A DNA stretch of 64,000 nucleotides from an uncultured Solirubrobacterales bacterium. Lineage in GTDB: Bacteria; Actinomycetota; Thermoleophilia; Solirubrobacterales; 70-9. Within the stretch, counting starts at the first letter, position 1; each line of letters opens with the position of its first letter. A program made the translations under genes and the position numbers. Location of the stretch: positions 431,148-495,147 of the forward strand of contig CAVZET010000006.1 of assembly GCA_963774395.1 (NCBI GenBank), written 5' to 3'. Positions 32,276 to 43,168 of this stretch are shown in pieces. Below the pieces are notes generated by a model. That model was not told where the DNA came from. It ran no database searches and saw only the letters and a list, made by a program, of their open reading frames with translations.

Positions 32276-33841
32276 AAAGCTCCTGGCGGATGCGCGGGTT
32301 GCGCGTCGCGGCAACCTCGTCGAGGCGGCGGACCGGGGTCGTGTACGGGGCGCCGGCGAGGATCTCCGGATCGCGCTCGGCCTCCTCGAGGATCGACTCG
32401 ACCGCATCGGCGAAGGCGTCGAGCGACTCCTTCGTCTCGGTCTCGGTCGGCTCGACCATGATCGCCTCGTCGACGAGCAGCGGGAAGTAGATCGTCGGCG
32501 GGTGCATGCCGTGATCGAGGATGCGCTTGGCGATGTCGAGGGTCTTCGCGCCGAGCTCCTTCTTCGCCGGCTTGCCCGAGAGGACGAACTCGTGCATCGG
32601 GGTCCGCTCGAAGGCGAGCGGCAGATGCTTGCCGGCGCGGCCGGAGCGCATCCGCGCGAGCAGGTAGTTGGCGTTCAGCACGGCCGTCTCGGAGGCCTCG
32701 GTGAGGCCGTCGCCGCCGAGGCTGAGCATGTACGCGTAGGAGCGCACGAAGACGCCGAAGTTGCCCTGGAAGCCGCGCAGGCGGCCGATCGTCTCGGGGT
32801 GGGCGTCGGCGCCCTGCAGCGCGAAGCCGGGGGCCGCTGCCGTTGTCGCTCTCGAGCCGCTCGATCCGCGGCACCGGCAGGAACGGCTCGATCCGCTCGG
32901 AGACGGCGATCGGGCCGGCGCCGGGGCCGCCGCCGCCGTGCGGCTGGCTGAACGACTTGTGCAGGTTGACGTGGACGATGTCGAAGCCCATGTCGCCGGG
33001 CCGAACCTTGCCCATGATCGCGTTCAGGTTGGCGCCGTCGTAGTAGAGGGTGCCGCCGGCCTCGCGCACGATCCGCGTGATCTCGGCGATGTTCGAGTCG
33101 AAGAGGCCGAGCGTGTTCGGGTTGGTCAGCATCAGGCAGGCGGTCCGCTCCCCCGCCTTCGCCCGCAGGTCGTCGAGGTCGACGCCACCGTCGGGCGCGG
33201 TCGCGACCTTGACCACGTCGTAGCCGGCCATCGTCACCGAGGCCGGGTTGGTGCCGTGCGCGGTGTCCGGGGTCAGCACCTCGTGGCGCTGCTCCTCCTC
33301 GCCGTTGGCGGCGTGGAAGGCGCGGGTCAGCAGGAGGCCCGCGAGCTCGCCGTGCGAGCCGGCCGAGGGCTGCAGCGAGACGTGTGGCAGTCCGCAGATC
33401 TCCGAGAGCGCCCGCTCCAGGTTCCACATCAGCTCGAGCGCGCCCTGGGCCCGCTCGGGCTGCTGCGCGGGATGCAGGCGGGCGTGGCCGGGCAAGCGCG
33501 GCGACGCGCTCGTTGATCCGCGGGTTGTGCTTCATCGTGCACGAGCCGAGCGGGTAGAAGCCCGAGTCGAGGTCGAAGTTGCGGCGCGAGACGCGGTTGT
33601 AGTGGCGCACGATCTCCGGCTCGGCGACCTCGGGCAGCTCGCGCGGGCTCGCAGCGCAGCAGCTTCGCCGGGATCAGCTCCGCGAGCGGCGTCTCGGCCT
33701 CGGGCACGCCGGCGTCGGCGAAGACGGCGGCGCGGCGTCCGGGGACCGAGCGCTCGTAGATCGTCGTCGCGTGGTCGCGCTGCATCGGCGTCTCGGTGCA
33801 GGCTCGCCGGAGGGCGGCGTCGGTGGCTCTGGGCAGTCCGC

Positions 33842-33845
<4 letters not shown>
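32274..33845 (-). CDS. gcvPB: glycine dehydrogenase (decarboxylating) subunit 2; several frameshifts
   Basis: [38 protein letters not shown], and [18 protein letters not shown] (PLP lysine region). C-terminus [24 protein letters not shown] in ORF 32274..32747. The ATG at 33845 overlaps the gcvPA stop. Confidence 0.88.
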
Positions 33846-35247
<1,402 letters not shown>

Positions 35248-35297
35248 CGAAGGTCGCCTAGGTTAGAGATGCGGGTGGCGGGCGCCGGCGGGCACCG

Positions 35298-35693
35298 CTA
35301 CTCGTCAGCGAGCATCGCCTTGTAGGCGGCGACGTCCATCAGCTCATCGACCTCGGCGGGCTCGGTGAGCTTGACCTTGACCATCCAGCCCTCGCCGTAG
35401 GGATCCTCGTTGATCGCCTCCGGGCTCTCGGCAGCGGCCTCGTTGACGGCCGTGATCTCGCCGCTGAGTGGCGCGAAGACGTCGGAGACGGCCTTCACCG
35501 ACTCGACCTCGGCGTAGGCCTCGTTCTTCTTGACCTCGGTGCCGACCTCCGGCGGCTCGAAGAAGACGACTTCACCGAGCGCGTCCTGGGCGAACCAGGT
35601 GACGCCGAAGGTCGCCTCCTCGCCCTCGATCCGAGCCCAGTCGTGCTCGGGGTGGTAACGCAGGTCCTCGGGATAGCTCTCCTCGGCGGCCAA
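35298..35693 (-). CDS. gcvH: glycine cleavage system H protein; intact
   Basis: 131-aa ORF with the lipoyl-lysine motif EVESVKAVSDVFAPLSGEI. Confidence 0.92.
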   Translation of the reverse strand: MAAEESYPEDLRYHPEHDWARIEGEEATFGVTWFAQDALGEVVFFEPPEVGTEVKKNEAYAEVESVKAVSDVFAPLSGEITAVNEAAAESPEAINEDPYGEGWMVKVKLTEPAEVDELMDVAAYKAMLADE

Positions 35694-35724
35694 AGTAAGT
35701 CTCCAGTCTCCCCGTGGGGATCGG

Positions 35725-36816
35725 TCAGCTCTTCTTCTTCTCGTAAAGCGGCATCGGCCGGATCTCGGCGGCGCGCCGGCGCCCGCGGATGTCGACCTCG
35801 AGCTCCGTACCGGGCTCGGCCAGATCGGCGCGAACGTATCCCATTCCGGCGCCGAGCTGAAGCGAAGGGGCCCAGGTGCCGCTGGTCAGCGCACCGACCG
35901 GCTCGCCGTCGTACAGCAGCACGTTGCCGCCACGCGGGATGCCGCGCTCGGTGAGCACGAGCGCGACGAGCCTCTCCGGCGTCCCCTCGGCCCGGGCGCT
36001 TGCAATCGCCTCGGAACCGACGAAGCCCGTCTCCTCCTTGCAGCACCAGCCGAGCCCCGCCTCGATCGGGTTGCGCTCCGGGCTGATCTCGTTGCCGTGC
36101 AGGTGGAAGCAGACCTCGAGCCGCAGGGTGTCGCGAGCGCCCAGGCCGGCCGGGACGGCGCCCGCCTCGAGCAGCGCCCGCCACAGGCCGGCCGCCTGAT
36201 CCGGCGGAGCCAGCAGCTCGACCCCGGACTCGCCCGTGTAGCCGGTGCCGCAGACGAGGCACGGCACGCCGGCGACCTCGACCGAGGCCGTGTGCATCCG
36301 TGCCGGCAGCTCGCCCGCGGCGAGGCCGGCGACGATGCCGCGCGCCTCCGGGCCCTGGACGGCGAGCATCGCGTACTCAGCGGCCGCGTCGGTGATCGTC
36401 ACGTCGAAGCCCTCGGCGAGCTCGCGGAAGCGGGCCAGATCAGCCTCGTGGTTGGCGGCGTTGGTGACGGTCAGGTAGCTGCCGTCGTCGAGCAGGTAGG
36501 TGAAGAGGTCGTCCAGGATGCCCCCGTCGGCTGCGCACAGGCACGAGTACTGGGCGCCCCCGGCGGCGAGCTTGGCAACGTCGTTGGAAAGCAACCGCTG
36601 CAGGAAGGCGAGCGCGTCAGGCCCCTCGGTGCGGATCTCGCCCATGTGCGAGACGTCGAAGACGCCACAGGACGAGCGCACCGCAAGATGCTCCTCCTTG
36701 ACCCCCTCGTACTGAACGGGCATCTCCCAGCCCGCGAACGGCACCAGCCGCGCCCCAGCCGCCACGTGCTCGTCGTAGAGGGGCGTGCGGCGAAGATCGG
36801 TCCCTGCGTCACTCAC
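35725..36816 (-). CDS. gcvT: aminomethyltransferase (glycine cleavage T protein); intact
   Basis: RRTPLYDEHVAAGARLVPFAGWEMPVQYEGVKEEHLAVRSSCGVFDVSHMGE...CGTGYTGESGVEL...ARDTLRLE. GTG at 36816 is chosen over the longer ORF start at 37059. Confidence 0.88.
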   Translation of the reverse strand: MSDAGTDLRRTPLYDEHVAAGARLVPFAGWEMPVQYEGVKEEHLAVRSSCGVFDVSHMGEIRTEGPDALAFLQRLLSNDVAKLAAGGAQYSCLCAADGGILDDLFTYLLDDGSYLTVTNAANHEADLARFRELAEGFDVTITDAAAEYAMLAVQGPEARGIVAGLAAGELPARMHTASVEVAGVPCLVCGTGYTGESGVELLAPPDQAAGLWRALLEAGAVPAGLGARDTLRLEVCFHLHGNEISPERNPIEAGLGWCCKEETGFVGSEAIASARAEGTPERLVALVLTERGIPRGGNVLLYDGEPVGALTSGTWAPSLQLGAGMGYVRADLAEPGTELEVDIRGRRRAAEIRPMPLYEKKKS

Positions 36817-36870
36817 GCCGCCGAGGATATGGAAGGCGCCGGAGGTCTGGGCCTGGCGCTCAGAGCCCAC

Positions 36871-37091
36871 CGGTGACGTTGGACCACCCGGCGGAACCAA
36901 GGTGACCTCCCGCCGGCGAGAGCAGCGAGGGAGCGGTGAACGACAGCCCACCGGAGACGACTGGTCACGAAACCTCTCAACTTGAGAGGTTTCGTGACCA
37001 CCGGCAGGCGAGAGCACCGAGGAAGAGCTCAACGCAGCCCACGACGGACGGCTGGTCACGTTCCATCCTTATCAAGGACGTTTCGTGACCA
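36871..37091 (-). repeat. three tandem 91-bp repeat units in the gcvT leader, each starting with a 39-nt hairpin (37053..37091, 36962..37000, degenerate 36871..36909)
   Basis: 36962..37000 is a perfect 19+1+19 palindrome tggtcacgaaacctctcaa-c-ttgagaggtttcgtgacca. 37053..37091 keeps the 8-bp outer and 5-bp inner stems. The inter-hairpin segments align with each other (gtgggctg...tgctctcgcc). Confidence 0.8.
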
Positions 37092-37340
37092 CTCACTCCA
37101 GCCAAAGCCCCTCGCAGGCCACCCCCCTCACTGCCAAAGGGTGTCAACCGCCCACCCCTCGTCCCAGCTCACCCCAGCCCAGCCCCTCCCGCCGGCAATC
37201 GGCCACGTGAGGCTCTCTCCCGCGGGTGGCCCACAGATCGCAGGCCCCCGAGAAATGCCGGTGGCGCAGCGGGGCCTGCGCAGCTCCCGGACAGGACCCG
37301 CGGGCCGGGGACCCTCGCCGGCGACGCGCCGGCGACGCGA

Positions 37341-38426
37341 CTACCTGTCGCGCAGGAAGGGCGGGATGTCGATGTCGTCGTCGGAGACCTCGAGGCTGCG
37401 CATCTCGCGGTCGGACCGCTTGATCCCCGCACGCTCGCGACTGCGGCGGCGGACCTCGGCGGGCCTGCGGGCCAGGAGCTCGAAGCCCTCGAAGCCGGTG
37501 GCGATGACGGTCACCCGGAGCTCGTCGCCCATCGTGTTGTCGACGACCGAGCCGAAGATGATGTTGGCGCCCTTGTCCGCGGTCTCGACGACCACGTCGG
37601 CCGCCTCGTTGACCTCGAACAGGCCCATGTCCTCGCCGCCGGTGATGTTGAGCAGCATGCCCGTCGCACCGTCGATCGCGGACTCGAGCAGCGGCGAGGA
37701 GATCGCCTCCTTGGCGGCGTCCGCCGCGCGGCTCTCGCCCGAGGACGAACCGACGCCCATCAGCGCCGAGCCGGCGTCGGCCATGATCGCCCGCACGTCG
37801 GCGAAGTCGAGGTTGATCAGGCCGGGAACGGTGATCAGGTCGGTGATGCCCTGGACGCCCTGCCGGAGGATGTCGTCGGCCTTGCGGAAGGCCTCCGAGA
37901 TCGGCTCGCGGCGCTCGACGATGTTGAGCAGCTTCTCGTTCGGGACGATGATCAGCGTGTCGACCTCGTTGCGAAGGCGCTCGATCCCGTCGAGGGCCTG
38001 CTGCATGCGGCGCGAGCCCTCGAACTCGAAGGGCTTGGTGACGACGCCGACGGTCAGCGCGCCGATCTCCTGCTTGGCGATCTCAGCGATGACGGGCGCG
38101 GCGCCGGTGCCGGTGCCGCCGCCCTCGCCGGCGGTGACGAAGACCATGTCGGCGCCCTTGAGCGCCTCCTTGATGTCGTCGCGACTCTCCGAGGCGGCGC
38201 CGGCGCCGACCTCCGGGTTGCCGCCTGCACCGAGGCCGCGAGTCAGCTCCTGGCCGATCGCCAGCTTGACGTCGGCCTCGGAAGCGCGAAGAGCCTGAGC
38301 ATCGGTGTTCACGGCAAGGAACTCGACGCCCTTGAGGCCGGCATCGACCATCCGCGAGACAGCGTTGGTGCCGCCGCCCCCTGCGCCGACGACCTTGATC
38401 ACCGCGAGATAACTGGAAGCCTCCAT
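37341..38426 (-). CDS. ftsZ: cell division GTPase FtsZ; intact
   Basis: [27 protein letters not shown], the [17 protein letters not shown] tubulin signature, and a C-terminal DIDIPPFLR peptide. The ATG at 38426 lies within ORF 37341..38576. Confidence 0.95.
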   Translation of the reverse strand: MEASSYLAVIKVVGAGGGGTNAVSRMVDAGLKGVEFLAVNTDAQALRASEADVKLAIGQELTRGLGAGGNPEVGAGAASESRDDIKEALKGADMVFVTAGEGGGTGTGAAPVIAEIAKQEIGALTVGVVTKPFEFEGSRRMQQALDGIERLRNEVDTLIIVPNEKLLNIVERREPISEAFRKADDILRQGVQGITDLITVPGLINLDFADVRAIMADAGSALMGVGSSSGESRAADAAKEAISSPLLESAIDGATGMLLNITGGEDMGLFEVNEAADVVVETADKGANIIFGSVVDNTMGDELRVTVIATGFEGFELLARRPAEVRRRSRERAGIKRSDREMRSLEVSDDDIDIPPFLRDR

Positions 38427-38511
38427 GTGAGCTTCACTTGCCTTTCTGGGTTCCGTCCGATGCTGAACGCATAGTTGAGGGTTTGCGATTCCTCCCCCGC
38501 AAACAGCGTGA

Positions 38512-38540
38512 AAACTAGGGCAGACCCTAGAGGTTGTCAA
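38512..38540 (-). promoter_or_regulatory. candidate sigma-70-type promoter upstream of ftsZ
   Basis: The minus strand reads TTGACA (38540..38535), a 17-nt spacer, then TAGTTT (38517..38512), about 85 nt upstream of the ftsZ ATG in a lower-GC 230-nt gap. Confidence 0.45.
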
Positions 38541-38655
38541 CGCAAGCGGAGGGTGCTTGCAAGATCGCTGTCTCAAGCACTACCTGAGGGTTTCTCAACT
38601 CTCAACCTTAGCTTGAGACTCTACGGCATCCCCCAAATGCAAGCGCAGACTGCGT

Positions 38656-39594
38656 TCACGGGACCGTCGTGGCGGTTGGATCGACCGGCGTCGTCGTGGC
38701 GGGCACCGTCGTCGTCGGGGTTGTCGCCGGCACCGTGCTCGTCGCCGGTGGCACCGTCGTCGTCGGGTCGATCGTGCCCGCAGCCGTGCTGTCCGTCGAC
38801 GTCGGCACACCGCCGGCTACGGGGCGGTTCGGAACGCTCAGGTCGAGGTACGAGGCTCCCTTGAACTTCGGATCGGCCAACACCGCGGCGAGCGCCTTCC
38901 ACTTCAGGGCCGCTCCCGAGGCATCGCCGAAGCGCAGCTCGATGCCCGGGCCGAAGTCGACGGTGACGCCATAGTCCTTGTCGGCCGCCGCGCCGTTGAT
39001 CTCGCCGGCGAGCTGTTTCGGCGCGGCGCCAAGGACCTTGGCGACGGTCAGCGCGTCACCGCCGACGCTCGACCCGGCCGCGCCGTCGCCGGCGCCGTCT
39101 GCATCGATCGCCGGAATCCCGTCGGGAGCGTGGCCGCTGTGGTCGAGCACGACGCCGTCGGCCGCAACGATGGCCCCGCTCGACTTGACGTATCCGACGG
39201 GCTCGCGGACGTCGACGTCGATGAGCAGCGTGTGCGGGAAGTCGGTGGCGATCGCGATGTGCGAGACCTGCGGGTTGTCGGCGACCGCGGCGCGGAGCTG
39301 GTCTCCGTTGAGGTGCAGCGTGCTCTGGCCATCGGCCGCGGCGCGCAGGGCGGAGTCGACCTCCGGCGCCTGGTCGGCTCCCGTGATCTTCACCGTGCGA
39401 ACCTCGACGAACGAGGAGGTGCGGAACCAGAACATGTAGGCGGCGGCAAGCGCGACGAGGACCAACGCGAGCACGATCAGCCGGCGCCGGACGGTGCGCC
39501 ACGGCGGCAGACTGAAGCCGGCCCCCCGGCTGCGGAGCCCGGGCAGACGGGGGCGCGAGATGCGCGGCAAGCGGGGCCGGGGAAGCGCGCCCAT
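38656..39594 (-). CDS. ftsQ: cell division protein FtsQ (POTRA) with a Thr/Pro-rich C-terminal tail; intact
   Basis: TM segment LIVLALVLVALAAAYMFWF, then VEVRTVKITGADQ (POTRA start). Position between murB and ftsZ. The ATG at 39594 overlaps the murB stop (TGATG). Confidence 0.8.
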   Translation of the reverse strand: MGALPRPRLPRISRPRLPGLRSRGAGFSLPPWRTVRRRLIVLALVLVALAAAYMFWFRTSSFVEVRTVKITGADQAPEVDSALRAAADGQSTLHLNGDQLRAAVADNPQVSHIAIATDFPHTLLIDVDVREPVGYVKSSGAIVAADGVVLDHSGHAPDGIPAIDADGAGDGAAGSSVGGDALTVAKVLGAAPKQLAGEINGAAADKDYGVTVDFGPGIELRFGDASGAALKWKALAAVLADPKFKGASYLDLSVPNRPVAGGVPTSTDSTAAGTIDPTTTVPPATSTVPATTPTTTVPATTTPVDPTATTVP

Positions 39595-40514
39595 CAGCGG
39601 AGCTCCCAGTCGGGTGGCCACTCGACCTCGCCGAGCAGTTGAACCTCGGGCTCGAGTACGACGCCGAAGCGCTCGTGGACACGGCGGCGGCCGGCTGCCA
39701 TCAGCGCGAGGATGTCGGCCGTCGTCGCGCTCCCGGCGTTCTCGACGAAGTTTGCGTGCTTGGGTGAGAAGCGGGCACCGCCGACCTGCAGGCCACGGCA
39801 ATCGGCGGCGTCGAGCAGCTGTCCGGCGGAGCGACCCTCAGCGCGGGGGTCGTCCGGATTCTTGAAGGTCGAGCCGAACGTCTTGATCCCAGAAGGCTGC
39901 GCCTCCCGGCGGCGACCGCGCATCGAAGCGAGCGTGGCCTTGATCTCCTCCGGATCGCCCGGCGTGAGTGCGAAGGAGGCTCGCGTCACGATCTCGCCGT
40001 CGCGCAGGTCGGAGTTGCGGTAGCGAAAACCAAGCGTCGCGGGATCGCGGCGGTCGCTGCCGTCCGCGGTGCAGACCTCGACCCACTCCAGGGTCTTGGC
40101 GAGCTCGCCGCCATAGGCGTTTGCGTTCATCCGTACGGCGCCGCCAACCGAACCGGGGATGTTGACGCCGAACTCGAGCCCCGACAGGCCCCAGCGGGCG
40201 GACTTGGCGGCCGCCGAGGGAAGCCGGGCGCCACCGCCGCAGAGCACGCGGTCGCCATCTCGTTCGATCGTCGCTAGATCACCTTCGAGCTTCACTGCCA
40301 AACCTCGGAAACCGGCATCCGATACCAACAAGTTCGACCCCGAGCCCACCACTCCTACCTTCACGCCCCGATCGCGGGCAAAGCCGAGCAGCTCGATCAG
40401 CGGTGCGATCTCGCCGATCCGGGCGAAGTAGTCGGCTCGGCCGCCGGCGCGGACCGTGGTCAGGCGCTCCATCGCGTAGTCGCGCTCGACCCCGGCCGGA
40501 AGTTCGGCGCTCAC
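39594..40514 (-). CDS. murB: UDP-N-acetylenolpyruvoylglucosamine reductase; intact
   Basis: TTVRAGGRADYFA, VGSGSNLLVSDAGFRG, GSTFKNP, GGARFSPKHANFVEN. The GTG at 40514 overlaps the murC stop (GTGA). Confidence 0.9.
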   Translation of the reverse strand: MSAELPAGVERDYAMERLTTVRAGGRADYFARIGEIAPLIELLGFARDRGVKVGVVGSGSNLLVSDAGFRGLAVKLEGDLATIERDGDRVLCGGGARLPSAAAKSARWGLSGLEFGVNIPGSVGGAVRMNANAYGGELAKTLEWVEVCTADGSDRRDPATLGFRYRNSDLRDGEIVTRASFALTPGDPEEIKATLASMRGRRREAQPSGIKTFGSTFKNPDDPRAEGRSAGQLLDAADCRGLQVGGARFSPKHANFVENAGSATTADILALMAAGRRRVHERFGVVLEPEVQLLGEVEWPPDWELR

Positions 40515-41969
40515 GAGCCCGCTCCCCCGGTCAGCGCATCGCCGACCTTGAAGACATCGCCGGCGCCGACGGTGACGAGCAGATCGCCCTCCTGCGGCCG
40601 AACTTGCTCGCGGATCACCTCGGCCGCCCCGTCGAGCTCGTCGATCCACAGCACGGGGCGCCCGGAGGCTGCCGAGGCGGCGGCGCGGACGACGTCAAGG
40701 CCGCTGACGCCGGCGAGGGGCCCGACCGGCTGCTCACGAGCCGCGTAGACGTCAAGGACGCCGATCACGTCCGCGGTGGCCAGCGCTCGGCCGAAGCGAG
40801 GCGCCAGCGCCTTCGTCCGCGAGTACAGGTGCGGCTGGAAGATCGCGATCAGGCGCCGGTGAGGCAGCTCGCGGAGGGCCGCGAGGCTCGCCGCGACCTC
40901 GGTCGGGTGGTGCGCGTAGTCGTCGTAGATACGCGCGCCGTCGCAGGTTCCCTTGAGTTGGAGCCTCCGCGCCATCCCAGGGAAGCTCGCGAGCGCAGCC
41001 GCAAGCTCGCCGAGCGGCGGCAGCGAGGTCCCAGCGCCTGCTGCGTGCAAGGCGGCCAGCGCCGCCGTCGCGTTGGCGACGTTGTGAGCTCCGGGCACCG
41101 AGAGCTCGACTGCGAGCTCGCCTTCGGGCGTCCGCAGGGTGAAGGCGCTGCCGCCCTCGCGCGGGCGCGCAGGGCCAGCCCGGAAGGCGGCAGCGGCGGC
41201 CATGGAGTCCTGCGGCCGTTCCTCGCGCTCGACCGCGAAACCGACGCCGCCTCCGAGCCGGGCGAGCGTCTCCCCTGCCGGTGCGACCGTGACGCGCCCG
41301 CGCGCGCAGAAGTCCCCGAAGGCCTTCCACAGTTCGGCCTCGCCCGCCCAGTGCGAGTGGTGATCGAGCTCGACGTTGTTGACGAGCGCCACGTCCGGGT
41401 CCAGCTTCAGGAAGCTCCCGTCGCTCTCATCGGCCTCGGCGACCACGACTCCGCCCTCGCCCCAGCCGGCGTTTGCCGGACCTCCACCGGGCCCCGAACC
41501 GGGCAGCTCGCCGCCGAGAACGAAGGCCGGATCGGCGCCCGCCTCGCGCAGCATGTGGGCGATCATCCCCGAAGTAGTGGTCTTGCCGTGCGCACCGGCA
41601 ACGGCGATCAGCCGACCGGCCGCGGCGGTCAGCTCAGCGAGCAGCTCGCCCCGGTGGATCACGCGCTGGCCGCGCTCGCGTGCGCGAAGGAGCTCGGGGT
41701 TGTCCTCGCCGATCGCGGTCGAAACGACGATGTCGGCGTCGGCTGGGACCAGCTCGGCATCGTGGCCGACGCGTGGCTCGAGCCCGGCGGCGCGCAGCCG
41801 CGCCATGTAGGTCGAGTCGGAGCGATCGCTTCCGGTGACCGTCGGCCCCGAGCCGGTCGGCGAGCAGCGCCAGACCGCTCATCCCGGCGCCGCCGATCGC
41901 GATGAAGTGCAGGCGGCGGCCGACGAAGTCGCCGGGCCCACCCTCCTGGGTTGCGTCGTGCGCGGTCAT
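40511..41969 (-). CDS. murC: UDP-N-acetylmuramate--L-alanine ligase; one frameshift near 41835
   Basis: N-terminus RRLHFIAIGGAGMSGLALLA (ORF 41634..41969), then AVAGAHGKTTTSGM, EADESDGSF and DDYAHHPTE in ORF 40511..41806. Confidence 0.9.
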
Positions 41970-43042
41970 GCGAAGCTCAGGATCTCAGTCGCGATCCGCT
42001 CCGCGGCATCGGGCTTGGCGATCTTGCGCGACGCCTCCCCCATGGCGGCGAGCCGCTCCCGGTCGGCGAGCAGCGGCGCGACGCGCTCGTGCGAGCAGGT
42101 CAGCGGTCAGATCGGCGTCCTCGACGACGATCGCGGCTCCCGCGTCCGCCATCCAGTTCGCGTTCGTGTGCTGATGGGCGCCGGTCGCATGCGGGTACGG
42201 CACGAGCACAGCACCGCGGCCGGCGGCGGTGAGCTCGAAGACCGAGCCGCCGGAGCGTGCCAGGGCGAGATCGCAGGCAGCGAGCGCGTCGCCGAGGTCG
42301 GGCAGGTACTCGAGCAACGTGTAGCCGGGGCGCGTCGCCGACGCTCGTTCGGATCTCCTCGTAGTCGCGGGTGCCGCTGACATGCAGGACGTGGAACGGC
42401 GCGCTCGCCGGCGTCCGGCCCCGCGAAGGCCTCGGCCGCAGCCTGGTTGATCGTTCGCGCGCCAAGGCTGCCGCCGAAGATCAGCAAGCAGGGGATCTCG
42501 GCCTCGATCACGAAGCGGCGGCGGGCCGCGGCCCGGTCCGCCTCGAGGATCGCCCGCGGCACCGGCCGGCCGGTGTGCAGGTAGAGGGCACCGTCGCGGC
42601 CGGGGATCCGAAAGGCGAGGCAGACGCGCTTTGCGCGCCGCGCCAACAGCCGGTTTGTGATCCCGAGGTGGCTGTCAGCCTCGGTCAGGACCAGGGGAAG
42701 CCGCATTCCGGCTGCCGCCATGCCCGCCGGCCAGGCGACGTAGCCGCCGCCGCCCATGACGGCATCGGCGTCGCGCTCACGCAGCAGGCGCCGCGCCGCG
42801 CGTACGGCGATCCCCGCCCGGCCCGCGGCGGCGGCGGCCTTGAGCGGGTTGCGGCGGTCGAGCCCGCGCACCGCAAGGAAGTCGATCTCATAGCCCGCCT
42901 TCGGGACCAGCTCGGCCTCGGCCCGCTCGCGCGTGCCGATGAAGCTGACCGAAGCGCCGCGCTCAGCGAGCGCGTCGGCGACGGCTAGTGCCGGCACCAC
43001 GTGACCGGCTGTCCCGCCGGCCGCGATCACCACGTGTGGCAC
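41966..43042 (-). CDS. murG: undecaprenyldiphospho-muramoylpentapeptide beta-N-acetylglucosaminyltransferase; two frameshifts
   Basis: HVVIAAGGTAGHVVPALAVADAL (42107..43042), ARSGGSVFELTAAGRGAVLVPYPHATGAHQHTNA (41985..42383), and a reconstructed end IATEILSFA whose TGA overlaps the murC ATG. Confidence 0.88.
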
Positions 43043-43168
43043 TGCTTCCTCCGCTGCTGGAAGTGCGACGCGTTCTCGAGGCCGCCCGCGTGCTGCGGGA
43101 CGTCGAGCTCCGGGATGTCCGCGTCTTGGTCCGTGGCTTCGGCTTCGGTCGCGAGCGCTCGCCGTCGA

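Noticed and set aside
36817-37059. Upstream extension of the gcvT ORF to 37059 (444 aa)
   Set aside because: The extra 81 residues translate the repeat array and hairpins (…VERFRDQSSPVGCRSPLPRCSRRREVTLVPPG…) and have no similarity to GcvT N-termini. The conserved protein begins just after the GTG at 36816.
36905-37060. Glycine-riboswitch-like blocks (GGCGAGAG / CACCGAGGAAGAGCUCAA / CGCAGCCCACGACGGAC) occurring twice in tandem
   Set aside because: They are on the plus strand, antisense to gcvT and pointing into the antisense of ftsZ. The blocks are directly adjacent, without the P2 and P3 hairpins of RF00504. I treat the resemblance as purine-rich chance similarity until a cmsearch is run.
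36871-37091. CRISPR-like look of 39-nt palindromic repeats separated by 52-nt spacers
   Set aside because: There are only three units. The spacers are homologous to each other, so this is a duplicated 91-bp unit. The third repeat is degenerate. No cas genes are present in the window.
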